This document shows positions 62,817 to 64,000 of a DNA stretch of 64,000 bases, piece by piece. The position numbers were made by a program, and so were the translations under genes. The notes below the pieces were generated by a model that was not told the origin of the DNA, searched no databases, and was given only the letters and a program-made list of their open reading frames with translations. Within the stretch, counting starts at the first letter, position 1; each line of letters starts with the position of its first letter. This DNA comes from Eledone cirrhosa. Lineage: Eukaryota. The DNA is taken from positions 14,198,001 through 14,262,000 of the forward strand of contig OZ024758.1 of NCBI GenBank assembly GCA_964016885.1. Reading direction: 5' to 3'.

Positions 62817-63699
62817 TAGTACATATAATAAGGTACAAATGTCAGGAAATAAAGCTGTCATCTTCCTGTATGCAACACATGTCCATACCAATGCAGCTTC
62901 CTCTCTTGTCCACCACATTTGATCCCTCTTATGCCCAGTTTTTCTCTTTCTACATTATTGCACTATATCATTCATGTACTATTGCTCATCCATCAGAACA
63001 TTCTTGCCACATTTCTTTCTAATCTTTGTAAATCCTTTGCACTCAAGGCCCAAGTTTCACTTTTGTGCAGCATCACAATTCACACACGGGCGTCATTCAA
63101 TTTGCTGCTCACTGTGAGACAGAACCCCCTTGTGGTCAAAAGAGATTGTTGGTCATTGAACTTTTTCCAACCAGTTCTCATTTTGAATATTGTACTTTCA
63201 GAACATCCACCTCCACTACTAATTATATTAGCAGAAACTGTCAACAACATCTAGAGAGCTATCACAGCATTTGATAGCACCTGTATCATATACCCTCTTA
63301 CTGCTTACTGCCCCTGTACATCTGCTACATGCCAAGTCTACATTCTTCATTAGCCTACCTGAGGAGAAGAAGGTAAATTGAAAATTATGAATGTCAGGGA
63401 AAACTCAGATTTAAGCATCCTGTCCAGCCCATGCCAGTATGGAAAGGTGGACATAAAAACATAAAATCATGATGATGACATACATATATATATATATGTG
63501 AGTATGTGTGTGTATATATAGAATATAATCATCATCACCGTTTAATATCTGTTCTTCCACGCTAGCATGGGTTAGACAGGTTGTCCTGTTGTGGGCAGTG
63601 TCTGGTTGGCTGACCTTGTCTTGCTCATACTGGAACCGATTCTAGGTTGATTTCTACAGCTGGATGCCCTTCCTAACACCAACCTCATTTACAATGAGT

Positions 63700-63741
<42 letters not shown>

Positions 63742-63793
63742 AATATAGATGGAAAAATTATCTTTTAAATCATATTTATTTCCTTCCACACGT

Positions 63794-63828
<35 letters not shown>

Positions 63829-64000
63829 CACTTTTGATGTATGTATGTGTATATACATATGTGTATATACATATGTGTATGTGTGTGTATATGTATATCT
63901 CAGTGGATGCGACCAGATTTCAACACAGCAACAACTACAACAACAACAGCAGCAACACCAACAACAACAACAACAGCAACAACACCATCGTCTGTGTTGA

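Overview
AT-rich, microsatellite- and transposon-dense animal genomic DNA. The repeat families and the tandem C2H2 gene suggest a coleoid cephalopod such as an octopus; this is inference, not proven. Two protein-coding genes are supported. (1) A plus-strand, single-coding-exon protein with 15 C2H2 zinc fingers and no KRAB/SCAN/BTB domain (4826-6166). (2) A minus-strand PPM1D/Wip1 orthologue (PP2C family), reconstructed by hand as 5 coding exons: 59220-58905, 30715-30549, 23262-23082, 21931-21726 and 18747-17281. All introns are GT-AG with consistent phases, giving 2337 nt and 778 aa, with a ~28 kb first intron and a long low-complexity C-terminal tail. The rest is mostly mobile DNA: two tRNA-derived SINE families, CR1- and RTE-type LINE fragments, about 13 copies of a TTAA-flanked piggyBac-type MITE, hAT and Tc1/mariner MITEs, a Helentron/DINE-like element and fold-back elements. 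The most unusual observations are two abutting minisatellites in the last PPM1D intron (a 10 x 56 bp array with a p53-like half-site in every unit, and a ~19 x 29 bp array with a CAG|GTGAG splice-site mimic in nearly every unit), inverted MITE pairs bracketing PPM1D exons, and a DSGxxS degron in the Wip1 tail. All of these are hypotheses; no clearly novel multi-gene system is evident. No rRNA, genuine tRNA or CRISPR array was found.
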